DNA of 48,602 nucleotides from an uncultured Eubacteriales bacterium. Its GTDB lineage: Bacteria > Acidobacteriota > Aminicenantia > Aminicenantales > Saccharicenantaceae. The stretch is from contig CAZJBD010000004.1 of the NCBI GenBank assembly GCA_964544265.1, forward strand, positions 1 to 48,602. Reading direction: 5' to 3'. The notes beneath the pieces were generated by a model. It saw only the letters and a program-made list of their open reading frames with translations. It ran no database searches and was not told the DNA's origin. Below are positions 1-9,737 of this stretch, in pieces. The position numbers were made by a program, and so were the translations under genes. Position 1 is the first letter of the stretch; every line of letters starts with the position of its first letter.

Positions 1-161
1 ACGTCAAGGCGCTCCTGCGCATCGCCGTCGTTTGGAATATCCCGGTGGCCTGCGATAGGGCTACGGCCGATTTCATCATCTCCTCGCCTTTGATGGACAA
101 GGAATACCCGCGGCTTTTGCCGGATTACGAAGGGCATAAGCAGAGGTTCTCTTCCATTTAA
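1..161 (+). CDS. mgsA: Methylglyoxal synthase, C-terminal part (5' end outside window)
   Basis: Manual translation from position 3 gives [31 protein letters not shown]...FSSI, stop TAA at 159-161; matches the MgsA C-terminal motif. Confidence 0.9.
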   Translation, partial: VKALLRIAVVWNIPVACDRATADFIISSPLMDKEYPRLLPDYEGHKQRFSSI

Positions 162-312
162 TTGAATGCAAATTCGGAGCCGCCCTCCGATTGTTTGGAC
201 TAGATGAATTGCGTCGACCGGGCAGCTCCAAGCCCGCATTAAGCGTAAGAGCAACGAAAATGATAATCCAGGAGAAACGGAGACGGCCAGGTGACGGCCC
301 GCTCGCCGCGTT

Positions 313-3021
313 CTAGAGGCAATTCCTGAGGAATTTGGCTGTGATGGATTTCCTGGATTTCGCGACTTGCTCGGGAGTCCCCTTGGCCACGATCCGGCCT
401 CCGGCGTCCCCTCCTTCCGGTCCCAGGTCGATGAGGTGATCGGCGGACTTGATGACATCGAGGTTGTGCTCGATGACGACTACGGTGTGCCCGGCGTCGA
501 CGAGTTTCTGGAAGCATCGGAGAAGGACCGACACGTCGTTCTGGTGGAGCCCGATCGTAGGCTCGTCGAACAGGTAGAGGGCCTTTTTCCCTTTTTCGTG
601 GACCAAGTGGTAAGCCAGCTTGATACGCTGGAGCTCGCCCCCGGAAAGGGTCGTCGTCGGCTGGCCGAGTTTGAGGTACCCGAGGCCGACTTCCAGGAGA
701 GGGTAGAGCTTCCGGGTGATGTCCGGCCTCCCGGCAAAGAATAGACAGGCCTCCGTGACGCTCATCCCCAGGACCTCATGGATGTTCTTGCTGTTGTAGC
801 GGACATCCAGGACCTCGCTTTTAAACCGCTTGCCCTTGCAGGCCTCGCAAGTCAGAACGACGTCCGAAAGAAACTGCATCTCCACGATCTGCCGGCCCGC
901 CCCCTGGCACTCCTCGCAGCGCCCGCCCGCGGTGTTGAAGGAAAAAGTCCCCGGCCCCATCCCCATGATCCTGGCCTCCCTCGTTTGGCTGAAGAGGTCG
1001 CGGATGCCGTCCATGGCTTTGGTGTAAGTTGCCGGGATCGAGCGCGGCGAAGTGCTCAAGGGCGACTGGTCCACCATGATGACCTTGTTGACTTCGCTCC
1101 GGCCCCGGATGTCCTTAAATCCGTTCCGGGCCTCACCCGTTAAGCCCTGGAAGAGGACGTCGTAGACGAGGGTGCTCTTCCCCGAGCCGGAGACGCCTGT
1201 GACGCAGGTGAAAACGCCCAGGGGGATCCGGACGTCGATGTGGGCGAGATTATGCTTGTGGGCATCGGTGATTTCCAGGAATCCCCGCGGCCTGCGCCGC
1301 ACTCCCGGCACGGCGATCGTTTTTTCGCCCCTTAGGTATTGGGCGGTCAGGGAGGCTTTGTTCTCGATGAAGGGCGTCATGGGGCCGTTGAAGATGATCT
1401 CTCCTCCGGCCTCGCCCGCCCGGGGGCCGAGGTCGATAATGTGCTCTCCGGCCCGGATGATCTCGGGGTCATGCTCGACCACGACGACCGTGTTTCCGAT
1501 TTCCTTGAGGGATTGGAGGATCTGTATGAGACGGTGGTTGTCCCGGGGGTGGAGGCCGATTGAGGGCTCGTCGAGGACGAAGAGCGTTCCGACAAGCGAA
1601 GCGCTCAAGGCTGCGGCCAGGTTGATCCTCTGGGCTTCGCCTCCGCTCAGGGTGAACGTCATCCGGTCCAGAGTGATGTAGTCGAGCCCGACCTGGAGAA
1701 GGAACCTCAGGCGGCCCCGGATTTCCGCGATGAGTTTATCGGCTACCGTTCTATCGAAGGGGCCAAGGTCGAGTCCGTCCAAGAAGCTCGAAGCCTCCCG
1801 GACCGTCATTCCGACGAAATCGGCGATGGAGATTCCACCGACCTTGATCCCCAGGGCCTGAGGGTTAAGGCGTGTTTTGCCGCAGGAGGGACAGGGGACG
1901 TATTTCCGGTAGCGGCTGAGGAGGACGCGAACCTGGACCTTGTATTTCTTCTTCTCGAGCCAATCGAAGAATCCTTTGACTCCGTAGTAGCCTGGCCCGC
2001 CGTCCAGGATGAAACGTTGAGCCCGCTCGTCCAGGTCCCTGAAAGGAACGTTGATTGGGATTCCTCTTTTACGGGCTTGGACGAGCATCTCACGCTGGAG
2101 ACCGCGTGACAGGGGCTTGGTCCAGGGCTCCACGGCGCCCCGCTCAAGCGACAGGGTCTTGTCCGGGATAATTTTGTCCTCATCGATCGTCGCCATGTCG
2201 CCGAAACCATGACACTCGGGGCAAGCACCCTGCGGGCTGTTGAAGGATAGGAGGTTGGGGAAGGGGTCTTCGTACGGGATTCCGCAGGCTTTGCACTCGA
2301 GCTTGTCCGAGAAGGGGAGCTCTCGGCCGGTATCCGTCCTAACCTTTGCCCGTCCCTCTCCTTTTTTGAGGGCCAGCTCCAGGGAGTCCGCCAGACGCTC
2401 CCGTTCTTCCGGGGCCAGGGCGAGCCTGTCCACGAGGACCTCGAGAGGGCCGCGTTTGGAGGGGACACCTCGTTCGAGGTTGACGATTTCGCCGTCTTCG
2501 ACGACCCGGAAAAAGCCTTCTTTCTTCAGAGCGGCGGTTCCCTTATCCGCCGGCCAGGAAAACGTGATCATGACCTTTGTCACGGGAGGCAGGGTATAGA
2601 GGGAATCGACAATCGAATCGATGGTATCGCGCGTGACCGGCCGTCCGCACTTCAGGCAATGGACCGTCCCGATCCGGGCATAGAGAACCCGCAGGAAGTC
2701 ATAGATCTCCGTCACCGTGGCCACAGTCGAGCGGGGATTCTTGGTCGAAGCCTTTTGCTGGATGGCGATCGCCGGGGGGATCCCCTCGATGCGCTCGGCG
2801 TCCGGCTTGTCCATTCTCTCCAGGAACTGGCGGGCATAGGCCGAAAGGGATTCGATGTAGCGGCGCTGTCCCTCGGCATACAGGGTATCGAAGGCCAGGG
2901 AGGATTTTCCGGAGCCGCTCACCCCGGTCACGACGACCAGCTTATTCAGGGGGATGTCGGCATCGACGTTCTTCAGGTTGTGGACCTTGACGCCGCGGAG
3001 GATGATTTTATCGTCGGTCAT
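313..3021 (-). CDS. uvrA: Excinuclease ABC subunit A
   Basis: Two ABC domains ([17 protein letters not shown]; [17 protein letters not shown]), HNLKN start motif, CxxC zinc fingers; 902 aa. Confidence 0.95.
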   Translation of the reverse strand: MTDDKIILRGVKVHNLKNVDADIPLNKLVVVTGVSGSGKSSLAFDTLYAEGQRRYIESLSAYARQFLERMDKPDAERIEGIPPAIAIQQKASTKNPRSTVATVTEIYDFLRVLYARIGTVHCLKCGRPVTRDTIDSIVDSLYTLPPVTKVMITFSWPADKGTAALKKEGFFRVVEDGEIVNLERGVPSKRGPLEVLVDRLALAPEERERLADSLELALKKGEGRAKVRTDTGRELPFSDKLECKACGIPYEDPFPNLLSFNSPQGACPECHGFGDMATIDEDKIIPDKTLSLERGAVEPWTKPLSRGLQREMLVQARKRGIPINVPFRDLDERAQRFILDGGPGYYGVKGFFDWLEKKKYKVQVRVLLSRYRKYVPCPSCGKTRLNPQALGIKVGGISIADFVGMTVREASSFLDGLDLGPFDRTVADKLIAEIRGRLRFLLQVGLDYITLDRMTFTLSGGEAQRINLAAALSASLVGTLFVLDEPSIGLHPRDNHRLIQILQSLKEIGNTVVVVEHDPEIIRAGEHIIDLGPRAGEAGGEIIFNGPMTPFIENKASLTAQYLRGEKTIAVPGVRRRPRGFLEITDAHKHNLAHIDVRIPLGVFTCVTGVSGSGKSTLVYDVLFQGLTGEARNGFKDIRGRSEVNKVIMVDQSPLSTSPRSIPATYTKAMDGIRDLFSQTREARIMGMGPGTFSFNTAGGRCEECQGAGRQIVEMQFLSDVVLTCEACKGKRFKSEVLDVRYNSKNIHEVLGMSVTEACLFFAGRPDITRKLYPLLEVGLGYLKLGQPTTTLSGGELQRIKLAYHLVHEKGKKALYLFDEPTIGLHQNDVSVLLRCFQKLVDAGHTVVVIEHNLDVIKSADHLIDLGPEGGDAGGRIVAKGTPEQVAKSRKSITAKFLRNCL

Positions 3022-3054
3022 TCAGGGCTCATAGAAAACATCTATTATAACAAA

Positions 3055-3083
3055 AGTAGGGGTCAAACCTACAATCTTAACAG
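3055..3083 (+). repeat. Single variant arm of REP family A
   Basis: AGTAGGGGTCAAACCTACAATCTTAACAG; nearly identical to 9301-9329. Confidence 0.85.
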
Positions 3084-3101
3084 ACCTGTCGTAGGTATAA
3101 T

Positions 3102-3193
3102 TCGGGGACACAATACCAATTTCCGATTTTCCAAATTCTCCCCTGGAAAAATGATCGTTTTAGATAATTAGGAAATTGGTATTGTGTCCCCGA
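3102..3193. repeat. Inverted-repeat doublet, family B (GGGGACACAATACCAATTTCC)
   Basis: Perfect 23-bp inverted repeat, 3102-3124 and 3171-3193. Confidence 0.85.
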
Positions 3194-3224
3194 TTTTGAT
3201 ATTCTCCTTTTTCAGGAGAGACAC

Positions 3225-3995
3225 ATGTATTCGTTAGAGAATAAGATCGTTTTGATAACCGGAGCGAGCTCGGGGATCGGAAGGTCTTGTGCTCGAGCAT
3301 TCGCCGCCCAAGGAGCAAAGCTCATCCTGGCGGCCCGCCGGGCCGAGCGCCTGAAGGAGCTTGCCGCCGGCATAAAGAAAGAGCATGGCTCGGCCACCCA
3401 CATCCTGAAGCTCGACGTGCGGGACGCGAATGCCGTTGAGAAGGCCGTGAATGGTCTACCCCCGGAATGGCGGACGATCGAGGTCCTCGTCAACAACGCC
3501 GGGCTGAGCCGCGGGTTGGACAAGCTTCACGAGGGAAAGCTTGAGGATTGGGAGGAAATGATCGATACGAACCTCAAAGGCCTCCTTTATGCGAGCCGCG
3601 CCGTTATTCCCGGGATGGTCGCACGCGGCCGGGGCCACGTCATCAACATCGGCTCCATCGCCGGCCACGAGGTTTATCCGTCGGGAAACGTCTATAACGC
3701 CACCAAGTTCGGGGTGAGGGCCCTCACCAAGGGCCTGCGGTTGGACTTGAACGGGACGGGGCTCCGGGTGACGAGCGTCGATCCGGGGATGACCCAAACC
3801 GAGTTCAGCCTGGTCCGTTTCCGGGGCGACGGCGAGCGGGCCGCAAAGGTTTATCAAGGCTTCACGCCGCTTGCCCCCGATGATATCGCCGACGCCGTGG
3901 TCTATTGCGCCACCCGCCCGCCGCATGTGGACGTCGCCGAGATCGTCGTCATGCCCACCGATCAAGCTTCGACGACCCTCGTCCACCGGAAATAA
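3225..3995 (+). CDS. SDR oxidoreductase, YdfG-like NADP-dependent 3-hydroxy acid dehydrogenase
   Basis: TGASSGIG, ARR, NNAG and YNATK motifs; upstream AGGAG RBS. Confidence 0.85.
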   Translation: MYSLENKIVLITGASSGIGRSCARAFAAQGAKLILAARRAERLKELAAGIKKEHGSATHILKLDVRDANAVEKAVNGLPPEWRTIEVLVNNAGLSRGLDKLHEGKLEDWEEMIDTNLKGLLYASRAVIPGMVARGRGHVINIGSIAGHEVYPSGNVYNATKFGVRALTKGLRLDLNGTGLRVTSVDPGMTQTEFSLVRFRGDGERAAKVYQGFTPLAPDDIADAVVYCATRPPHVDVAEIVVMPTDQASTTLVHRK

Positions 3996-4019
3996 TCCTG
4001 CCGACACACAGCCGGCTTT

Positions 4020-4047
4020 TTGACATTTCCCGGCCATTATCTATAAT
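4020..4047 (+). promoter_or_regulatory. Sigma70-type promoter upstream of acpS cluster
   Basis: TTGACA (4020-4025), 16-bp spacer, TATAAT (4042-4047). Confidence 0.7.
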
Positions 4048-4149
4048 AATGTTCCGCCGCCGTGAGACTCGAAGGGAGATAACAGATCTAATCGAAAGGG
4101 ACGGCGGGTCATAGGTCTCGGCATCCGAGAAAGAAAGGCGCTTGAGGCA

Positions 4150-4530
4150 TTGATTTTCGGGATTGGAACGGATATTGTCGAAATCTGGAGGGTCGGGGAC
4201 AAGCTCGCCCGGACTAAAGGCCTGAAGGAAAAGGTCTTCACGCCGCGCGAGATCGAATACTGCGAAGCTCGAAAGATGAGCGCCCAGCATTTCGCGGCCC
4301 GGTTCTCGGCCAAAGAAGCGTTCCTCAAGGCCATGGGGACCGGCTGGAGCGGCGGGCGCAAGTTCGACGAGATCGAGGTCCTCAACAACGAGCTCGGGAA
4401 ACCGGAATTGTTCGTCCACGGAAAGGTCAAGGAATTCTGCGAGGCTCACGCGATCACGGGCATGGAAGTCTCCCTGTCGCATATAAAAGATCTGGCCCAA
4501 GCCGTCGTGGTTCTGGAAGCGAAATCCTAA
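4150..4530 (+). CDS. acpS: Holo-ACP synthase (phosphopantetheinyl transferase)
   Basis: GIGTDIV, AARFSAKEAFLKA and SLSH motifs; TTG start. Confidence 0.92.
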   Translation: MIFGIGTDIVEIWRVGDKLARTKGLKEKVFTPREIEYCEARKMSAQHFAARFSAKEAFLKAMGTGWSGGRKFDEIEVLNNELGKPELFVHGKVKEFCEAHAITGMEVSLSHIKDLAQAVVVLEAKS

Positions 4531-4549
4531 AAATATAATAAGAGGGGAC

Positions 4550-6253
4550 ATGTCTAACATCGGTTCCTATGAAGAACGTGCCAGGGGGTTCTCTTGGTCC
4601 ATCTCCGAGAAAGAGGTCGGCTACAAACGCGGCGAGGTCATCAACATCGGTTGGCATTGCTCGGATAAGATCTGCGAACAGGGAAAGGCCTCCAAGCTCG
4701 CCCTCATTTGGGAAGGCCACGCCGGCGGTGAAAAACGCTTTACCTATAACGACGTCCGGCTGGCTTCGAACACCATCGGCGCCTTCCTCCGCGGCCTGGG
4801 CATTCAAGCCGGGGAGCGGGTCTGCCTGTTCATGGACAAAGTCCCCGAGCTCTATCTGGGGTTCCTGGGGGTCCTGAAGATCGGGGCCATCGCCCAGCCC
4901 CTTTTTTCCGCTTTCGGCGATGAATCCCTGTTCGTCCGGCTCTCGGACGCCGAGACCTCGGCCGTGATCACCCAGAAAAAGCACGTCATCAAGGTCCGGA
5001 AGATTCTCGGCCGGCTGCCTCACATCAAGCATATCATCGTCGTGGACCACGACGGAGCTTCGCCGCTTAAAGATCGGGAAGTCGCCTTTTCCCTGGAAAA
5101 GGCCAAGCCCGTCGAGCACTTGGACATCTACCGGACAAGGGCCGAAACTCCGTCGGTCCTCCACTACACGTCCGGCACGACCGGGATGCCCAAGGGCGTC
5201 AAGCACGTCCATTATTCCCTGATCTCGCAATACCTCACGGCCAAGTGGGTTTTGGACCTCCGCGACGACGACATCTACTGGTGCACGGCCGATCCGGGCT
5301 GGGTCACGGGGACGTCCTACGGCATCATCGCCCCCTTCGCCTTGGGCGTCACCCAGTGCGTCATGGACGTTGGGTTCTCGGCCGAGACCTGGTATCGGTT
5401 CATCGAGAAGCACAGGATCACGATGTGGTATTCCGCCCCGACGGCCATCCGCTCGTTGATGATGGCCGGGGACGAAATCGTCAGAAAGTATGACCTTTCT
5501 TCGCTCCGTCATCTGGCAAGCGTCGGCGAGCCGCTGAACTCCGAGGCCGTTGTCTGGTCCCAAAGGGTCTTCGGCAAGCCCTTTTACGACACCTACTGGC
5601 AGACCGAAACGGGCTGCATCGTGATCAGCAACTACCCCGGAATGGAGATCCGGCCCGGGTCTATGGGCAAACCGTTCCCCGGGATCACGGGAACGATCCT
5701 CGACCCGAACCGGAATGAACCCTATCCCTCATACGGGAAGATCGGGCTCGTCGGCCTCCGGTTCGATTGGCCGTCGCGGATGCGGACGTATTGGAACAAC
5801 GAGGAGGCGTTCCGGAAAAAATTCCGGAACGCCTGGTATCTCACCGGCGACCGGGCCCGGATCGATAAAGACGGCTACTACTGGTTTGCGGGCCGTGACG
5901 ACGACATCATCAACACCGCGGGACACCTGGTCAGCCCCTTTGAGGTCGAGTCGGCTCTCCTCGAACACCCGGCCGTGGCCGAGTCGGCGGTCGTCAGCAA
6001 GCCCGATCCCCTCAATCTGGAGGTCGTCAAAGCCTTCGTCAACTTGAAGCCGGGCTTTGCGGCCTCGAAGGACCTGGACCTGGAGATCATGAATTTCGTC
6101 CGGAAGAGGCTCTCGCCCCTGGCCATGCCCCAGGAGATCGAGTTCGTCGACTCCCTGCCCAAAACCCGGAGCGGCAAGATCATGCGCCGCATCCTCCATG
6201 CCAAGGAATGGGGCGAGGAGATCGGCGACACCTCGACGATCGAAAACGATTGA
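4550..6253 (+). CDS. AMP-forming short-chain acyl ligase (acetyl-CoA synthetase-like)
   Basis: YTSGTTGMPKG, DTYWQTETG, TGD, GRDDD and LPKTRSGKIMRR motifs. Confidence 0.9.
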   Translation: MSNIGSYEERARGFSWSISEKEVGYKRGEVINIGWHCSDKICEQGKASKLALIWEGHAGGEKRFTYNDVRLASNTIGAFLRGLGIQAGERVCLFMDKVPELYLGFLGVLKIGAIAQPLFSAFGDESLFVRLSDAETSAVITQKKHVIKVRKILGRLPHIKHIIVVDHDGASPLKDREVAFSLEKAKPVEHLDIYRTRAETPSVLHYTSGTTGMPKGVKHVHYSLISQYLTAKWVLDLRDDDIYWCTADPGWVTGTSYGIIAPFALGVTQCVMDVGFSAETWYRFIEKHRITMWYSAPTAIRSLMMAGDEIVRKYDLSSLRHLASVGEPLNSEAVVWSQRVFGKPFYDTYWQTETGCIVISNYPGMEIRPGSMGKPFPGITGTILDPNRNEPYPSYGKIGLVGLRFDWPSRMRTYWNNEEAFRKKFRNAWYLTGDRARIDKDGYYWFAGRDDDIINTAGHLVSPFEVESALLEHPAVAESAVVSKPDPLNLEVVKAFVNLKPGFAASKDLDLEIMNFVRKRLSPLAMPQEIEFVDSLPKTRSGKIMRRILHAKEWGEEIGDTSTIEND

Positions 6254-6281
6254 CATAAAATGAATCTTTAGGAGAACCGAT

Positions 6282-6530
6282 ATGGATGAACTCAAGGACA
6301 TCGTTTTAAAGTACGTGACGGAGGAGTACCTGGAAGCCGACAGCGACCCCATTACTTACGATACGCCGCTTATCTCAGGCGGAATCGTTGATTCGTTCTC
6401 GATGATCTCGCTGAAACGCTTCCTGGAGAACAAGTACCACATCCAGATCCCCGACAACAAGGCGACGCCCGAGGCCTTCGATTCGGTCAACAAGATCGCG
6501 GTCCTGGTCCGGGAGTTTGTCAAGGCCTGA
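6282..6530 (+). CDS. Acyl carrier protein
   Basis: 82 aa with phosphopantetheine site GGIVDSFS; AGGAG RBS. Confidence 0.88.
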   Translation: MDELKDIVLKYVTEEYLEADSDPITYDTPLISGGIVDSFSMISLKRFLENKYHIQIPDNKATPEAFDSVNKIAVLVREFVKA

Positions 6531-6683
6531 GGTTTCGAACGGGGTCCGGGATTCGCGCTCCCGTTCGCGGGAAGGGGAAGACCCCCGGCAGGGGACCGAG
6601 AGGATAAAGGACGGTTGCGGACCGGCCGGGCGAGGGCCCGCGAAACGCGCCGCCCGGCTCGAAAATGAATAGGAGGAACGAAG

Positions 6684-7931
6684 ATGGCATTTAGCGAAAA
6701 AGTCCGGGACCTTTACCAAGACCAGCTCAAAGGAATCAGGGACGCGGGAATCTTCAAACAGGAACGGTATATTCACTCGCCCCAGGCGGCCGATATCGAC
6801 GTTGAGTTTCCCTCCGGCTCGTCCCTGAAGAGAGTCATCAACATGTGCGCCAACAACTACCTCGGCCTTTCCAGCCACCCCGAGGTCCTCAAGGCCGCCC
6901 ACGAAGGGCTGGACAAACGCGGCTACGGGATGTCGTCCGTGCGCTTCATCTGCGGCACCCAGGATATCCATCGTGAGTTGGAACGCCGGGTCACGGACTT
7001 CCTGGGGACAGAAGACACGCTTCTCTTTCCCTCCTGCATGGACGCCAACGCCGGCGTGTTTGAGGCCATCCTGACCAAGGACGACGTCATGATCTCGGAC
7101 CGGCTGGTCCACGCGTCCCTTATCGACGGCATCCGTCTGGCGAGCGCGATTCACGACACCTACAAGCACTCGGATATGGCCCACCTCGAGAGCAAGCTCC
7201 AGCTTCACGCCGATAAACGACTCAGGATCGTCATCACGGACGGCGTCTTTTCCATGGACGGCGACGCCGCCAAGCTCGACGAGATGGTCGCCCTCTGCGA
7301 AAAATATGACGCCATGCTTTTGGTCGACGATTCCCACGCCTCGGGTTTCATCGGCAAAACCGGGAGGGGGACCCATGAGCGGTGCGGGGTCGTCGGCAAG
7401 ATCGACATCATCACGACGACCTTTGGCAAGGCTCTCGGAGGGGCCTCCGGCGGCTGCGTTTCCGGGAGGCGCGAACTTGTCGAGATGTGCCGCCAGAGAG
7501 CCCGACCGTACCTGTTCTCGAACACGATCGCGCCCGTCGTCGTAGCCGGGGTCATTAAGGTCATGGAGATCCTCTCCGCGAGTACGGAGCGTCGCGACAA
7601 GCTCGAGAGGAACGCCGCCATGTGGAGAAAGGGGCTGACGGACGCCGGCTTCATCCTCAAGGAAGGCGACACCCCGATCGTTCCGGTCATGCTTTTCAAC
7701 GCCAAGCTGGCCCAGGATTTCTCGAAGGCCCTCTATGATGAGGGCGTCTACGCCATGGGCTTCTTCTTCCCGGTCGTCCCCCAGGGCCAAGCCCGCATCC
7801 GCACCCAACTCTCGGCCGGACACGAGACCCATCACCTCAACAAAGCCCTGGAGGCGTTCGTTAAAGTCGGCAAAGAATTCGGCATCCTGGGCAAGACGAA
7901 GGCGGAGATCATCGAAAGGTTTGGCCTATAA
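6684..7931 (+). CDS. kbl: Glycine C-acetyltransferase (2-amino-3-ketobutyrate ligase), alpha-oxoamine synthase family
   Basis: CANNYLGL, SSVRFICGT, TDGVFSMDG, DDSH, FGKALGGASGG and RARPYLFSN motifs. Confidence 0.88.
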   Translation: MAFSEKVRDLYQDQLKGIRDAGIFKQERYIHSPQAADIDVEFPSGSSLKRVINMCANNYLGLSSHPEVLKAAHEGLDKRGYGMSSVRFICGTQDIHRELERRVTDFLGTEDTLLFPSCMDANAGVFEAILTKDDVMISDRLVHASLIDGIRLASAIHDTYKHSDMAHLESKLQLHADKRLRIVITDGVFSMDGDAAKLDEMVALCEKYDAMLLVDDSHASGFIGKTGRGTHERCGVVGKIDIITTTFGKALGGASGGCVSGRRELVEMCRQRARPYLFSNTIAPVVVAGVIKVMEILSASTERRDKLERNAAMWRKGLTDAGFILKEGDTPIVPVMLFNAKLAQDFSKALYDEGVYAMGFFFPVVPQGQARIRTQLSAGHETHHLNKALEAFVKVGKEFGILGKTKAEIIERFGL

Positions 7932-8023
7932 ACGCGGATTTTCGGCGATCTGCCAAGCTCAGGCCGAAGCTCTTAATGAGGACAACGGTGGGCCGTCCTG
8001 CCCTTTGGGCAACAAAGCTGATA

Positions 8024-9250
8024 TTAAAAAGTAACTTGGAACCCTATCAAAGCGTGGGCCTGGGAGAGGTTGAATGTCGAGGATAACTCCGCAATCTCGG
8101 GGTTGAGGTAAAGGGCCCTCAAATTGAGGAGCAGAGAAAAGGTTCGGGAAAAGGAATATTCAAAACTGGCCTGGATACCCGCCCAAAGGCTGGAGATCGC
8201 TTTCTCAAGATAGGCGATCGAGCTCATCGTGACGTCGTCGTCCATAAACGGCGGCTGGTCGTTGAATTCGACGACGTCCAGGAAATCGAACTTTCCAAAA
8301 GCGTATCCGATCTCAGGTCCGACGAACATCGTCAACCGGCCGTTAGAGAAGGCCTGGAAGAGTCCGAAGATAGAAACGGAGGTGAAGTAGTTCCGGGAAT
8401 GGTCGGATAAGGTAAGCGTCCTCGGCGAGTCGGCCAGGAAGGGGTGGGGAACGGCGAACTCGAAATCGCCGTCTGATTTGAAATTCCAGTATTCGATCGC
8501 CAGGCCGAGCTTGACCGGGACGTCCAGGGCATAAAGGCATCCTCCGGCGCTCAGGTAGGAGGGAGTGTTCAGTTTCAGCTTGTAGGTTTCCGTCCTCTTC
8601 CCTTGTTCGTTGTAAAGAGGGAAGAACTTATTGAGCGTCGTAGTCGATTTCAGGAATGTCCCGATTCCACCCCCGATTTGAACAAAGAAGCCTCTCCTTT
8701 CCTTGCGGGGCTTGGAGACGGTCTTGGGTTCGGGCTTGGGCGCCGGCGGGGCCTCGGGCTTGACCTCGGGTTTGGCCTCGATCTTGGCTTTCGGGGGTTT
8801 GGGCGCGGGCGGGATCTCGGCCTTCTTTTCGGGGATCAGAGCCTCTGCGCCCTCCTTCCAGAAGGTGATCTTCAGTCCGGCGTCCGTCCTTTCGATTTTG
8901 TAATTAACGGAGGCCGTCTCCAGGTCGAAGACCAGCCGGGCGATCTCAGGATTGAACTTCCCCGTCCGGACCCTCAGGACCCCGCCCCAAAGGATTTCGA
9001 TTTGAGGGGCCGCCGAGAGCGCGCCGATGGGTGAGATGTCGAAGACCAGCCGCTCCGGTTCAGTCAGTCTAAAAACGTCGTTGCTGAATTCGCCGCGAAT
9101 GAGGACGCTGACCTCGACCGCGGTCTCCGTTTTCACGAAGGCGATCTCAAGGAGATCGGAGACCTGCGCCGGACGCGAAAAACCATAAGAACCCGCTCCG
9201 GCCGCGAGAACGCATAAAACGATCAGAAAGATGAGCCTTATCTTTTTCAT
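8024..9250 (-). CDS. Exported protein: AMIN-like domain, Pro/Lys-rich linker, outer-membrane beta-barrel
   Basis: Signal peptide; AMIN-like FRLTEPERLVFDI and VRTG...ARLVFDL; PKP linker; alternating strands ending IGFQVTF. Confidence 0.7.
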   Translation of the reverse strand: MKKIRLIFLIVLCVLAAGAGSYGFSRPAQVSDLLEIAFVKTETAVEVSVLIRGEFSNDVFRLTEPERLVFDISPIGALSAAPQIEILWGGVLRVRTGKFNPEIARLVFDLETASVNYKIERTDAGLKITFWKEGAEALIPEKKAEIPPAPKPPKAKIEAKPEVKPEAPPAPKPEPKTVSKPRKERRGFFVQIGGGIGTFLKSTTTLNKFFPLYNEQGKRTETYKLKLNTPSYLSAGGCLYALDVPVKLGLAIEYWNFKSDGDFEFAVPHPFLADSPRTLTLSDHSRNYFTSVSIFGLFQAFSNGRLTMFVGPEIGYAFGKFDFLDVVEFNDQPPFMDDDVTMSSIAYLEKAISSLWAGIQASFEYSFSRTFSLLLNLRALYLNPEIAELSSTFNLSQAHALIGFQVTF

Positions 9251-9300
9251 TCAAGCCTCCCGGACCGACTTTTGCGTGATTGAATTATATTGAAAGATTA

Positions 9301-9737
9301 AGTAGGGGTCAAACCTACAGTCTTAACAGCAAGCATCTTTTCGTATGAGAGGGAATTCAGGCTCGGGACGGGCCCTCCGTCGGAAGCGGCCTGGAGCCGC
9401 CCTTGGCCCCCGGCCCCCAGGGGAACCAGTCTCGTCGCACCTCTGCCGGCGACGCGGACGATTTCAGGGCCCCCCTTCGATTATTCGGAGGGGGTAGGGG
9501 GTGGCAAGAAATAAGAACGAAGTCTTGAACGTGTCGCCGTGATTCGGGTCCCCTCTCCGCTACGGGGGCTTACGGGCGGCATCCAGTGCCGCTCAGCAAG
9601 AATGAGGACCCGTGCCCGCTCCGACCTTCGACTGCCTCCTCCGGGCATCGCCCCTGCGCCATCGCCTGTATCGTACGAAAAGATGCTTCCTTGCTAACAA
9701 AAGAAACCATGTCAAAAGAGTAGGTTTGACCCCTACT
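9301..9737. repeat. REP family A arms (9301-9329 and 9710-9737) enclosing a long fold-back element
   Basis: Left arm AGTAGGGGTCAAACCTAC; right arm TGTCAAAAGAGTAGGTTTGACCCCTACT. Confidence 0.85.
9331..9688. repeat. Long imperfect palindromic (MITE-like or structured) element, copy 1
   Basis: Terminal IR 17/18 (9331-9348 and 9671-9688) plus seven further nested stems identified by eye. Confidence 0.75.
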
